Positions 11,945-24,800 of a stretch of 64,000 nucleotides of DNA are shown piece by piece. A program made the translations under genes and the position numbers. Position 1 is the stretch's first letter. Each line of letters opens with the position of its first letter. The notes under the pieces were generated by a model, which did no database searches, had not been told where the DNA came from, and saw nothing but the letters and a program-made list of their open reading frames with translations. Origin of the DNA: Perkinsus chesapeaki ATCC PRA-425. Taxonomy: Eukaryota > Protista > Perkinsozoa. The stretch covers positions 1 through 64,000 of the forward strand of contig JAAPAO010000037.1 in the NCBI GenBank assembly GCA_013115145.1. Reading direction: 5' to 3'.

Positions 11945-13033
11945 CTACAGATCTTCCTCGGTTCCCGCGTTTGAGCTCGTATTATCGACTTTAGCTGTTC
12001 GTGTCAGTTGCCTTTTTACATCACACTTTGCTGCTTGTCTACATCCCTTACTTATAATATCCTTCAAATGAATCCTACAGTATGAAGTAATGGTACATAG
12101 CTAGTCCTGACTACCCCTACTCATCAAGTCCTTCCTTACCAACTAAAGCTACTCGTTGCTGATGGTATTCATCAGCAACTAACTCTGCTATATCATCACC
12201 ATATCTTCCAATAGTTGCCTCACATGCGTAATATAACCCTTCAAAGTCCCTATTGTATCTGTATCACTATAGGAACAGTGCTGCTGCTGCTGCTTCTATT
12301 AGACTATGTTACACCTCCATTTGAGCATCAGTTTTAGGTTCGCCTCTCACCAGGCACATCTCGCCTTGAGCTCTATCTTTATCATCTTCACATGGTCGAA
12401 GGTAATACCCTACTATTATAGGTACTTCAGTAACAGCAGCATTATCAACACCACCTCTAGCTAATAATGAATCCTTAAAGTGTTTGTTACATCCCATCTT
12501 GCTTAGGCTTATTCTCTCTGACTGTGGATCAGTACTACTTCTTTTTATGCTATCCTTATCTACTATACCTACTATCTTTACCAGTTAATGTTAATACATC
12601 ATATCGCTACTACTCTCCAATGCATCCATTATATCATCAACATTATCAATGCTTTTAATACTAGGAAGTATATGCCCCAATATAACTTCACATACCTCGC
12701 ATTTGATCTACTATTATAATGTTATTCTATCATGTTACACTAGTAGATGTAGTAGTATTGTGGTCGTTGTTACTTGTTTAGCTATGCCTATACTATATGC
12801 TCTATCATCATCAGTAGGTGGTCTTATATACACTGCTTTATATCTTGAGTATTCTCCCGATATACCCGATACCTAACTATCATTAAAGGCAGCAGCAGCA
12901 GCATCACTCATGACTCAACCTGTTGTCCTGGACTTATTCCAGATGGGTATTCAAGTGGTATACCATCAACAACAGTAGACAGAGATGATATAATGATGCC
13001 AGCGGCGATAGATAATATGTTAAATAATACCAT
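11945..13033 (-). CDS. Secretory-pathway protein with saposin/Canopy (CNPY)-like C-terminal Cys motif and ER-retention-like EEDL
   Basis: Signal peptide MVLFNILSIAAGIIISSLSTVVDG. YYACEATIGRYGDDIAELV resembles CNPY FACESIVEEYEDEL. C-x5-C (CRQAAKC). Ends TEEDL*. Confidence 0.55.
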
Positions 13034-14632
13034 TATACACTATTGTGCTATTGTTGTTGCTGCTACTGCCACTCCAGTTAATAATTAATAAATTCAAGCA
13101 GCTAATATGATTGTGACAGGATAATTGTGGTATAGGTTGACAGAGCTGTTGACAGGAGTAGTTGAGACAATAGTTGGATTGGTGGGAAACTCGGTTAAAT
13201 AGGATAGGAATAGTGTAATACTAAGCACGTATATAAGGATAATAATACAACAACACCACCACCACCATTAGTAACAATATACATTAATATATAATGTTAG
13301 TTACTAATATAGTAGTAATGATAATCCTTATTATATACTCCTAGTACTCATCCTTCTCTATATTATTATTATCGAGCAACCTTCAGACTTGGTTATCACC
13401 ATCATGACGCTTTATTTCTACTGTAGTCAAAGAAGAACAAGAACATAACAATAACAATAACAACATAACCCATATATCATCATCATTGTCTAATAACACT
13501 ATTATTATAGCTATTACTACTACTTATTACACAAATCCTAACAACAATCCTACAGCATCATCATCCTTGTTACTATCCATCATAGTTATAATGATAATAA
13601 CACTGGTATAGCATTGTTATCGTTAGTTACATTAAGAGAGAGGCGCAGCAACAACAGCAGCAGCACTACCATTATCATAATAAGCTATAAGGTATATTAG
13701 CCTATACAACATATTAGTGCGGGATTAGGCTACTAGGAGGTGCAGAGACATAATCAATAACAACAACAGCAGCAGCAGGAGGAGTAGGAGTCGCTGTTGT
13801 CCTTCTTGTACTACTGCCTGTAGTAGCTAAAAGTTGAGATACTATTGAATATTATGATAAAGTATACCTTTATCATTCTAAGCATGCATCATAACTACTA
13901 CTACTATCCTACAAGGGACTAATCAACTACTAGTTAATGACAATGTCATCAGAGCATGTATGAGTGAATACTAACAGTCACTGTGGTGGAACAGCAGCAG
14001 CTCAAATGACTGTTCTTATACCGTAATAATACCAGCAGATACAAGAACAACAACAACAAGCAATAACAGCAATTACTCTGGAAAAGCGACTTATACTAAG
14101 ACTTATTACTACTAATACCCGCCGCCGCCGCCGCAACATCCATACAAAAGAGTTAGTATCACCTACTACCATGGCAGCACCACTTTAACTTGTGATCATC
14201 ATTCTATACATTATCATTTACCGCAAAAAAGCGCGGTAATGGGCATAATGTAGTTAATAAGAAATAGTATTATTACTGTCATGTTACTGATGATATAAAC
14301 CTATACAGTTTATTATTATTACAGTAACGTTAGTAGTTCACACTCAATAAAACAGTGATAAACATCACGTATTATTATTATCACTAACCGCTACTACTAT
14401 ACCTAATGCTTAAAACACCAAGTTGCTGTTGTTGTTCAACAACAACTGCTTCCAATGGTAATGCTAACATTTGACCACTTAGGAGTATACCTTAGGCTTA
14501 GCTAAGGTACGATGATGATGTTGGTAGCAGCAGCAGCCAGCAAGCAGTGGTGTGGAAAATTAGTAATCTTCCAAGTACATTACAAGGTAAGCTATTCCCT
14601 TTAATGTACGAGGATAACAACACGATAATACT

Positions 14633-15159
14633 TTACGAGAAAATGCTCCGTAGGCTGAAACAACCCCTATGAGCACCTCTTGCCATGGCAGTCTCTTCGG
14701 AGTTATATGCCTATAAATAAACCATATATGAAGGTATTGATAATAGTGGTTCTTACCTTCCAACTTTCCACTATAAAAACGTTCTCTAAGGGCTCATTAT
14801 CCCCTTCTATTTCATCAGCAAAAGAGATAGAGTGCGATTTGGATCCAAAGTGTATGAAATTACCTAAGTAATAGCTATCCCCTAATACGCCACCAAGGTT
14901 GGCTTACCTCTCCTATCATATCTAATATTATCACATGAATCACCAGCACGACGTAATATCCCATCTGTAGGGGCAGTTGATGTAGAAAATGATGATGAAG
15001 TCGTAGATTCAGTAGGGGACTTAGGACTCTATAACAATAACAGTATAAACCCTTTTATTCGTGTTAATAACTTACCCCTAGGTCATCCCTACTTCCAGGC
15101 ATCAATGTATTATCGATTTTGCATGATGTACTTGATTTACGACCAAGGTTGAAGAGCAT
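14633..15159 (-). CDS. Small protein with PP1-docking-like motif (SISFADE...VESWKAYN)
   Basis: Three exons: MLFNLGRKSS..., SISFADEIEGDNEPLENVFIVESWK|AYNSEE...SIFS*. Confidence 0.5.
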
Positions 15160-15700
15160 TCAGAGTGTTTTTCTATTCAACTGTTGTTAACCATAAACCC
15201 CCTCCCTCTAGCTATAACCAACCCCAAGGCGATCTAGCTAGCTCTAGTATTGAACTACTCTAACTTATCATATACCACGATTATTCTAACAAAATACCAC
15301 TACTACTGCACCGCCGCTGCAGCGGTCGTCGCCACAAACGCGCGCCATGAAATTGCCGTTGGTTTGCGTGCGCCGCGTGACCTGAAGTGCGGTGCTTGAT
15401 GATCTCGGGTATTGCTAGACGCATTAGCCACCACTGAGATACGTAATATAGGTTGACAACGTCTAAAAGTAACAACTTGATAATCATTATAATACATTAT
15501 ATTATGTATTATGTTATAGAATTACTCGGTGATGCTGAAAATGTACTATGACGTTTTAGCACTGTATTGGGTAGGACAGCAGACGCAGTAAACATTAAAC
15601 TTTATAAGCGGAATGATGATGAACTATATTAATTGTAATGTTATGGTATATACATTAATATAAACACTATCATACTGATGTGGTAGTTTAGTCTACTGTT

Positions 15701-16231
15701 ATGGCTAAACAACATTCTAGTACAACAGCATCACCTTGTGGTGAATTACCAGGACTTGAATGGTCAGAATACCATCAAAGATACTTCCCTAGTAATAACA
15801 ACGCTAATAATACTAATACACTTATATTTAGCTGGACATATACCATTAACAACACAAAGAAGTGATATTACGGAGCATACTACTGAAACAATAGGGGAAG
15901 TTGAAGATTATAGAGCTACGATAGCAAGTCATCCAGTAGATCCTAGAGTACTTAAGGCACTTGACCCTATCACAGTAACAACTAATACAGAATGTGCTGT
16001 ATGTGTACAACGTATAGGGCAATATGATAAGTAATATAATGTATATATAAGTATTCATATAATAATAGGTGCCTTCAATTACCTACATGTGGTCATATAT
16101 ACCACTGGGATTGTATAATGAATTGGTTGAATCTTAAAGGTCATTGTCCACTATGTCGAGCAGTAGTAGATGAGTCTCTAGCAGTTGCTGCTGATAGCGC
16201 CGCCGCCTCCGCTACATCATCATCATCGTAA
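15701..16231 (+). CDS. RING-H2 finger protein (putative E3 ligase); start uncertain
   Basis: CAVC...|CLQLPTCGHIYHWDCIMNWLNLKGHCPLCR. Confidence 0.8.
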
Positions 16232-16314
16232 CGTTCCTTTTAATCTCCATGTTGTTGTGCTATATAGTAAACCTTCAATGTTATTATAGTTTTATCAAGT
16301 TACTCCTAATAATA

Positions 16315-17825
16315 ATGAAGTCGTCACTGTTTTCTTCTTTACTACCACTCTTCCTCTATATCCTTCCATCTATAGTATATGGTTGGGATAAGGATATACA
16401 TGAGCGTATTGGTGAAGCTGTTACACGAGTATTAAGCTATAGGGATGTGTAGGAAGGAGGCAATAATGCCCTATATAATAGATATTGTTATTTTTAGGGA
16501 GGATCTTAATAAACTACTTAATGGTCAATCTATAGCATATATGTCACGTTATGCACATGATAAACTACAATATGCTAATTATGATAGAACTGTTGAGAAC
16601 CACTATGAGACGCAATTAAGGTAAGGCGGCGTTGATAGGATATCTAACCTGCTTGTTGTATATTTACTTTAGGGACTGGAAGTGTACCTTCGATATTAAT
16701 AACCCTGATAGCGATTCAGAGTCTCAAGGTCTCTATAAATCTGTAATGTGTGGAATTGGGAAGGGGTTGTGTGACAAGTACTATTAGATACATGATATAT
16801 TCGGTAGAGTAACACATCAGAGTAAACCAGCTCAGGATCATGGTATAGCAAAAGATATGTCTGAACCAGTACAGATTAGCTGGTTATTGGGTAAACGACA
16901 CCATTCTTCATAGTGCGTAAGATACCCTTCTGAGTTAGGTCTGGTGCAGGATCTTCATCAGCCCCTACATACAGGGTTTGGTGCAGATGATCATGGTAGG
17001 CGGATTACAGTACAGTACCATGATGAGCCTAGAACTAGCTTATATGACTTCTGGGAACGTGATGTAGTATATATGGTATAGGTATATGTTAGTCATGTAA
17101 CTTAGGTATCATCAGCTGTTAACCTAGAAACACAGGTAGTGTTAAGAGCATATAATGCTGAACTAGATAAACTAGTACAAGATGGTGGTTATGGTATAAA
17201 GCTAGTACAGAGTATATATAATAAAGGTAATACAGGGTAACTGTTATATAGTGTTGCTGGTTATATAGAGCTTATTAATAGGTATAGCTGAATGGATTGC
17301 AGAATCTATGGAGATGTCATGTAATGATATATATGCTGTTATTGCTGGTGGTAAGGGTAGAGAGGTTCCTAGGATGTAATAAAAAGGGAGCTATAGGTTA
17401 ATATAAATATATATCAGGTATGATATAACTGATGATGTTTATGCACAATGGCGTGATCTAGCATCCAAGCAAGTCGTTAAGGCTGCTGCTAGATCAGCTG
17501 TTGTGTTACATGCTATAGCCATTCACGTAATAATAATACGGCATATAAAAGGGATGGTATATATGTAATTAGTAGGCACGTTATTATCATCCTGAGATTG
17601 TCGGTAGTATATCCAAGCCTGGTGCTAAAATACAACGACATAGAGTTAGAGGGAATTGGATGCAAGCATTGGCAAAGAACTCCGCTATAGCGCTAGTTGT
17701 GGTACCTACTCTATTGGTACTACTCAACTATCCACAGTAATATAATAATGAAGGATATTAAGTAATAGTTATGTCTTAGATTTGTGAGGCGCTTATTGCC
17801 AAGTAAGGATAACAGAGCTGAATAA
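16315..17825 (+). CDS. S1/P1 nuclease family protein with signal peptide and C-terminal TM anchor
   Basis: Signal peptide followed by W-D-K-D-I-H; NHYE; DLHQPLHTG..DDHG; C-terminal hydrophobic AIALVVVPTLLVLL. Confidence 0.85.
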
Positions 17826-18159
17826 AGCTGATGGAGGATAGTCCATTGATAGTAGTGCTACTATTGGTGTACTGTACCTAGTGGTTTTCCAATAATAACA
17901 CTTACAAGAATATCTAACCCTTATTACCATTCATTGTGTTATAGTAAAGTCCAATACTAGTTCTGCTGCTGTAGGGGTGTATTTTTAATAAGGAGGCATA
18001 GTCGCCACCTTTTTGTAACATATTAAAGGCAACACTTCATCCTTATTCTTCTTCGTCGTCTTGTTGTATAATTAAACCACATCTACTACTACTACTAGCA
18101 ATCATCATCCACCCTCGTCGTATATCTTGACTGGAGGCATATACATTTGGTAATAGCTG

Positions 18160-21100
18160 ATGAAGTTTGAAAAACAGTTAAGGAAGTATGCTATTGCTGA
18201 ATGGGCTGATAATTATATAGATTATAGAAGGTTAAAGAAGGCATTAAGGAGGAGTGTAATAGAAGGAGATATATATAGATAGGATTATAATGTTAATAAG
18301 AACAGGTTCAAAGAAGCCGTAGAGTTAGTAGTAGTATACAAGATGCTACACTAGAGGATATAATGCGGAGATCAAGAGGTTATAGTATGGGCGGTGTTAG
18401 GCAAGGTCTACCACCTGACCCACATCAGGTTGGGATTATAGAAAGGAGTGGTATGAGGATTCATGTAACATAGTAGATACTAGGAATATCTCCATCCTCC
18501 TACGTAAACAGTGAGACTTCATTAGATGAATGGTATCAACTATTAGAGCTACAAATAAGAAAGGTTAATATCTTTTTCGAGTAAGCTGCTGACACCTCTA
18601 GCTATCACAACAATAGGAGTATTATCTATCAGACTCCAATATGAAGATTTGCAATCCCAAGTAGCCGAGACAGAGAAGCTAGTGTATGTAGATCCTCAAT
18701 GTTATATAACACCTTCATGGCCCACCTATTCAGGCATTCCATTACTTCTTCAAGCAGTAGTGGGTCTAGTACAGGAGGAGGTGGTAGCCCACCACTTCAT
18801 AATAATAATGGATCTGTATATCGCCAACAAAATGATTTAAGTGGCAGAAAGATAGCATTTACGTACAACCCTAACTCCGAGGGTAACCTTCAAGAACCTT
18901 TGATACGAGAAAGGAGACATAGAACTCCGGAGGAGACTAAGAATGGTAATAATGGATATGTTACCAACATACAGTAGCAGCATCAGCAGTAACGATTACA
19001 GTAGTGGTTACTGGACACATTTGTATAGAATTCAGCTAGTAGTAGTTATCTATCACGTATCAACAAGGCGACAAGACGGCTATATGATTCATATTATCCG
19101 TATTATTATTATGACTCTCGCTACGACCTTATCCTCTTTAGCTCAAATGATGATGAGAGCCGAGAATACTATAGCTAACCTTACAGAGCGTATAGACCTT
19201 TTAAGGTCATACTCCCGACTTAATCATTTAGCAGTGGCAAAGGTAATATTAAAGTGACGAAGTAGTCATAGAAGCCACGGCATTCTTAATAGATACTTAA
19301 AAAGCATGATAAGGTGACTAGGATAGGTCTATCACAAGTACTCATGCCAGAGGTATCATCCCAACCATTTTATGACCTTAAAAGACTGGATGCAGTAATA
19401 GGGAAGCATACAACTTGATAGAAGAAGACAAGGGTTCTTCGTGTTGTTATGTTTTAGTTGGACGATCGTTTACAAACCCTTATACCTCCTACAAACCCAA
19501 GTGAAGGTGATCAACAGTTTTTAAAGAGATTACGATACTTTAGAGAACATATGGGTGGAGGGCATTCTAAAATGTAATGAGACTAGCTTGGACACTATCC
19601 ATATAGTATTAGCATATTTAGGCTTAGAGGCTTCTATGTTGGTGTATCAGTAATGCTAATGATTGATATAATAGTATTAGTATGTATACCACATACTAAC
19701 CCTTCCTTTGATGAGGCTGCTTTCTTTGCTAGTTTACCCCCATTCCGGTAATACTAGTATTATTAATAACACCACCTTCCTCCATCATCTCTCTTTTAGA
19801 TTTGTTTTCATGTCGACTCTGGCTCTATGGGGTACAGGTTGGGCTATGAAGTAATATCACATTTAACTAATCTGTATTATTATTATTATTACATATATAT
19901 TTTAGTGTAATGGAGACTTATTCTGTTAACTATCTTTTCCTATTGGATTGTGATCCTAATATAGAGGTTCGATCTGATACCCTTTTTAATATTGCAGCTT
20001 TACATACCAGCCTTTTTATACTATTCTTCGGACTGTAATAATAATAAAAGATAATAATAATAACAATAGCAATGTTATAATAGGTATGTGGTCGACTATA
20101 AATTTGCTATATTTGGTGATCATGAATATTATGTAGCATATCCAGCTATACTACTGTTCTTCTGGCTTGTATCAATGTGTTGGCCCCATGATGTACTAAT
20201 AATAACAGCAGCTTATACCGACCCACACATAGGTATTCCGTTTACGGTATAGGAAGGGTATATTGTTATCACTATGGCGTACTATAAAAGCCCCATTTGG
20301 TGGCTCTGTTACATTTGCTGATAACATTACTGGTGATGTCCTCACTAGTGCTGTTAAACCCCTTCAGGTAGATATATATTAATTAAATATAATCCATCTC
20401 CCCGCCATACTTTAGGATCTAGCACTCGCGTTTTACTTCTTTTCTGCTCCGATGGATATAGCTCGAACTAAGACAGAGAATCATCCATTCCTTATGCCAT
20501 TGATTGCCTTTCTACCGTAATAACATTATTATCATCAATGATCATATATTAAACCTTCGCTCAGATATTGGTTTCGAATGATGCAATGTTTAAGTCGATG
20601 GTGGGAGACTAGAGAGACCCGCCATATATGGAACTTTGGCAAGTAATGTCATACCAACTTTCCTTGCAATCATGTATTAACTATGTTCAGATATCTATGT
20701 GGTAACATAATGGTTGTGGTGACAGCTCTGCCTCTTAGTGAGTTCCCATTCTTCTCTGTGTATACTGAAAGGCTTGTATGGGTATGTCCTTATCCTTGTT
20801 GTCTATTAGCATCTTATAACATTATTTCTTATTATTAGGTATTTGTTTATTGTCTATCATCAATGTATATGTATTGTTGGGATGTTGGTATGGATTGGGG
20901 TATAGTAAGCTTTTCAACTACTGATCATACAGGTATTTATTTCAATAATACCCTTCTTATACTATACTTTTAGGAACATTCTTATCCAGGGAGCATATGC
21001 TACCACGTTGGATGTATGGTGCTGCTGCATTTACTAATCTAATTGGTCGAACTACATGGGCTCTGACATTGATGCCTGCCCATACAGTTTTAAAGTCTCG

Positions 21101-21491
21101 TATAGGCTCACAGGTTTTAAGAACTGTTGTAGCCGGCATCGAAATAATGAGGTAGTTTGTCGGTAACTAATACATGAATAGTTTGACTATCTCAGACGAG
21201 CCCAATGGTTTATCATTCGATGTGAATTCGAGCACTTAACAAATGCTAGTAAATATCGTTCATTGCTTTGGGTACCTCCATTGATATCAAAGGAAGATCT
21301 TCATGCGACAAGTAGGCTAATAATAGGCATTATTAGTTATTTAATGTCATCTATGTCCAGGAAAGAGGATGAAGCCTTTGTTTACTGTTAATGTTAAGTC
21401 TATTGCAGTTGATCCATCATGGGGTATTAAAGACACTGCAGTAGCTGCTATGAATTCTGTACGTTCCCGAGGGGAATCCTATGCACCTTAG
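18160..21491 (+). CDS. XPR1: SPX-EXS domain phosphate exporter (XPR1/PHO1/SYG1 family)
   Basis: SPX: MKFEKQL..AEWADNYIDYRRLKK, LN..AVAKILKKHDK. EXS: GDVLTSAVK, PYWFRMMQCL, NFGKY, YCWDVGMDWG, EIMRRAQWFIIRCEFEHL. Confidence 0.92.
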
Positions 21492-21875
21492 CTACTACTA
21501 CCATAACAATAACAACAACTACATTTTTCTCAAGTTTCTACAATCCTTATACTTGGGTTGAACAATTGATTTGGATTTGCTCAGTGAGTCAGAAAAGTGC
21601 AACCAAGGCGGGTATATTATATGTAATATAATATATACCTTATACTACGTTTGCACAACACTAAGATAATGCGAATCGTTATTTTGCGCTACACGTAACG
21701 AGCTGCCTTTCACAATCAATGGGTGCTGCTGGGCTGTAATAATAATACCTTCACCGCGATACATCTGACTAACAACAACATGAGATAGGGTGGAAAATAT
21801 ACTTTTTTATAAAACATCTCAAATGTACACTTATACTTGCAACTGTATGTAAGGAAATATACAATCAGTGTGTTA

Positions 21876-24800
21876 TTAAAGTAACAAGTCTGGTGGCTCA
21901 GAAGGGTCAGGAGGAGGAGGGGGAAACCCACCTTGGGACTGAACACCACCACCAGGAGCACTCTGTGGATTAGAGCTTCCACTTTGTGAAGGGACAGCAG
22001 GAGATGCAAAGAAATTGTTATCAACAACTACATTACCGCCATTAACCAACTTGTTTAGTTTAGTCGAGTCAGCAGAGGAAGAGGTTGCACTCTCAAAAGG
22101 TCCAAAGTAGTCATCCATTAAATTGTTAGTTAGCGAGGGTGGTGGTGGGCCATCACTCCCTTCTGTGGCACTATGCTTTATCTGTTCGGGTTCGGATACC
22201 CATGACAATAGATCCACTTCTGGTACTGAGCTCGAACTTGACAGTCTGCTACTATTCTGCCGTGTACCTCCAGTTGATGTAGTATCAGACCTACGAGCCG
22301 CTGCTGGCCTTCGTTTAACTCTGACTGGGGACCGTATAGTAGGGAGATCTATTGATAACTTAAAGGTAGCGCTAACTGGTTTGTGGTCTGATGACATGTA
22401 CCTATGGAAAATGATGAAGTGATTGTGATGCAGATTGGTATAACCTATGATGGGATTGATAACTCTCATTACTGAGTGCTTTGCTAGGAGATGCTTGATA
22501 GAATATTCTATCACACCATCCAGGACACCTATTAGCTGCCAGTTGCATGGTGCCGGGTTCGAACCTGTGCTGTCGAATATCGAAGTTGACTCTGGGTGGT
22601 AGTACTTATAAGTTGGCATAAAGTTGGCTATTTTTCCTTCATTACATTCAATAAGTGTTGAATCGGTACATTCCCCTTGATAATATTGATCATACTGAGC
22701 AAGTCTATCTACACAATTATGACTATATGTCAATATCATTACAGATCAAGATAGCTTACCAAAGTCCCCTTTATCCAGTAATGCTAAGGCAGTTTCCCTT
22801 CCACAGTTAAGACGGAAATTGAAGTCCCCAATAATAAAGAGAGCCCTTCTCCTTATTGGTTGTATATTAGCATATTGTTCCCTTACTTGTTGACGGTATT
22901 CACTTGTTATCATACTAAGTTGGTCATTACGTACATCCATCATCCTAATACAACTCTCCTTCTATCAGCCAATACCTCCCCTATTACCTATCTCCAGCTT
23001 CTAGATGTACACTACATACTGATATAAGAGTATTATGTAGCTTCATGCTCAGTAACACTCCTCCTTTATTACCATGTGCCCCACCTAGCCCTATTCAGGG
23101 ATGATTTGAGTAAAGTATGGTATGAGTAGTACTACCTCCTTTAATTTTCTTAGTATGAACATGAGATATTTCTCTCACTAATGACTCCTTTACCCATACA
23201 GATATATAAAGCCCTACCATAGTGATACATTGTACCTATCCCATCATAATCTCCACTATACCTACCAGACCTGCCTACTTCAGTGTAATGTACTCTATCC
23301 TGCCGTGGTATACCTTCCCTTTTCTGGAAGGTATCGAATAACCTATCCAATGCACGATTGAACTCAGCCTTTCGGACTTCATGTTCCGTCTCTCCTTCAA
23401 ACTTGCTTGTCATCTAATATATATATTACTATACTTCCCCTATTACTAATGTATATTACCATTTTAAAACCCCTCTTAATAATAGCAGTAGCGTCCAAGT
23501 CTACAAACTCTTGCATACCAATAATGTATACCTAATAACAAACCTCAATCATTTCACCCCTCCCCATCCAGAAATGAGCTCCTTCGCTCTACTGCACTAT
23601 ATAAATGAGATTGGCTACCACCTCAACGGGAATATAGAGGAAAGCATCATATTGTCATGCCTCCCTCAACACTCCATTTATCACCAAGCTCTTCATCAGT
23701 ACCCTTATTACATCCCTAAGACTAGAGCCTCCTCCTTTATCTTGTCCAGTGGCTAATCTAAACCAATCACTAAGATCCTCTGTATTCCAGGCTCTACTGG
23801 CATTAATATTCCATGTACCAGCCCATATAGTTAAAGTAGACCCTAATACCAACAGCAGCATTATAGCACAACAGGTACCTATATCTGGACTACTACCCCC
23901 ATCTGCTGGCGATGCTGCTGCTGTTGGGCTTGATGGTTCACTACTATCGTCATCACCATTACTACTGCTACCATATTCCAGAATACTATCACCTATTATT
24001 CATCCTATTCCCATCCATATATCTCTTTCCTACTACCTATGCCCACCAAGTCCGGTGCAGTAACTGCTCTTAGCTGCTGCTTGTTGTTGTCTTTAGTTGC
24101 CTTCTTCTTATCAGTACCACCTCTTTTAAGTGTAAGGGAGGCATCTATTGCCGATTGCCTATCCCTATCCTCTCCAAAGTTATTCTTAACATACCTATCA
24201 GCAATAAATCAACCCATATGATAGGGTATTCCCGAGCTCTCAGGTGCACAAAGAGGCTCACCTATTAGCACTCCGCAACCTTTGCTGTATTGAATTCTGC
24301 CAGGAGTTCTGACCAGTTGTTACCAACTCAGTCAGTACCGATCCTGTACCGGTATAGTGCATCTAATGAGCTTGGTCTTTAGCAGACAAACTTCTCGTTT
24401 CTTACAGCTATCTGATCCCCATGTTGAGCCCAGAGGTTGGTGAGGACCTTCTTAACATCACCATCATTAAACTTAACTCCAAGGCCGGTAAGGATCTCAC
24501 GCAGTATAAAACATGAAAAGGCCAATTGACCTGTCATACCGATTTCCCCAGTAACACCCCAGGAATCAGAGTATACCCTACCTGCATTGGTACGGTCTAA
24601 ACAGTCTAAACAGTTAGTTCTAACAACTCCATTCTGCTTCTTATCTACTGTTGGCTGCCACCATTGAAACCTACTCAGCTCAATTATTGCTATACCTTCT
24701 ATTACTATTTACTCTAATGCTTTAGCCTTCCCTGATGATACTATAGTATCCAGTACTGTATCAACATCTAAAGGTTTATTATATAATATATGCCCCTCCC

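Noticed and set aside
13060-14200. Possible multi-TM minus-strand gene in low-complexity AT-rich DNA
   Set aside because: I could not build a consistent spliced frame. The hydrophobic stretches may come from (GTT/ATT)n low complexity.
14420-14447. GTTGTTG-TT-CAACAAC inverted repeat
   Set aside because: Explained by adjacent complementary trinucleotide microsatellites.
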